A DNA stretch of 64,000 nt from an uncultured Chloroflexia bacterium. GTDB lineage: Bacteria > Chloroflexota > Limnocylindria > QHBO01. Under the pieces are notes generated by a model. The model was given only the letters and a program-made list of their open reading frames with translations, made no database searches and was not told where the DNA came from. The stretch is taken from the NCBI GenBank assembly GCA_963825525.1, contig CAWGTN010000002.1:1568001-1632000 (forward strand), in the 5' to 3' direction. Below, in pieces: positions 63,522-64,000 of this stretch. A program made the translations under genes and the position numbers. The stretch's first letter is position 1. Every line of letters starts with the position of its first letter.

Positions 63522-64000
63522 GGCCGATCCTGTGGACGGTCAACCCGGTCGCCAAGCTGGCCGCCGCCACCCTGCTGCTCGCGGCGCTGTTCGTGTCGCT
63601 GGACGGCGTGACCGCCGGCATCGTGCTCCTCGGGTTGCTGGCCATCCTGCCGATCTCGGGCCTGGCTCCGTCGTCCCTTGCCCGGCGCTTCTGGCTGGTC
63701 GGCATCGCCGCGCTGTCGATCGGCATCTTCAACGTCCTGTTCGCGGGGGAGCAGGTCGGCCCGGTGGTGCTGGAGATCGGACCGCTGCGGATCGGTGCCG
63801 CGACGCTGGCGAATGGCGCCGGGCTCGCACTACGGCTGCTCGCCATCGCGCTGGCCGGCGCCCTGGCGACGCTCACCAGCGAGCCGATCGACGTGGCCGA
63901 CGCCCTGATCCAGCAGGTTCGGGTCTCACCGCGTTTCGCGATCGGCGTCCTGGCCGCGCTGCGCCTGTTGCCGCTCCTCGATCGGGAGTGGCAGGTCATC
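63518..64000 (+). CDS. ykoC: ECF transporter T component (YkoC/CbiQ), truncated at the window edge
   Basis: GTGA overlap; VNPVAKL, multiple TMs, DALIQQ.R, ALRLLPLL..EW. Not in the ORF track because no stop falls in the window. Confidence 0.85.
   Translation, partial: MRPILWTVNPVAKLAAATLLLAALFVSLDGVTAGIVLLGLLAILPISGLAPSSLARRFWLVGIAALSIGIFNVLFAGEQVGPVVLEIGPLRIGAATLANGAGLALRLLAIALAGALATLTSEPIDVADALIQQVRVSPRFAIGVLAALRLLPLLDREWQVI

Overview
Gene-dense, very GC-rich bacterial chromosome segment with about 70 CDS, 2 tRNAs and a TPP riboswitch. I see no rRNA, CRISPR array, transposase or integrase. Gene content (tmk-darA, PASTA kinase, LCP, Ku, ykoEDC, pervasive leaderless starts) suggests a monoderm, possibly Chloroflexota; this taxonomy is inference only. 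Most genes are housekeeping: pdxST, tmk, folCPB, trxA, galE, galU, rplY, CCA enzyme, thiamine salvage. Highlights: (1) a Rox-like flavin monooxygenase behind a near-perfect rifamycin-associated element (RAE) palindrome; (2) Ku followed by a catalytically dead, OB-less DNA-ligase adenylation domain with a clamp-like QLDL motif, a second paralogue with the same WPG substitution 32 kb away, and an intact ligase nearby, which is a candidate pseudo-ligase/Ku repair system; (3) a glucosylglycerate operon containing a USP-USP-GpgS fusion; (4) an HTH-4xGAF-GGDEF-degenerate HD-GYP protein; (5) four alternating inverted ~31-bp repeats (REPIN/BIME-like); (6) a DeoC homologue lacking its Schiff-base lysine; (7) an ECF promoter motif readable directly from two copies; (8) probable CTG starts. 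Several single-base frameshifts suggest long-read indel errors. All family assignments come from motif recognition by eye; no database searches were run.
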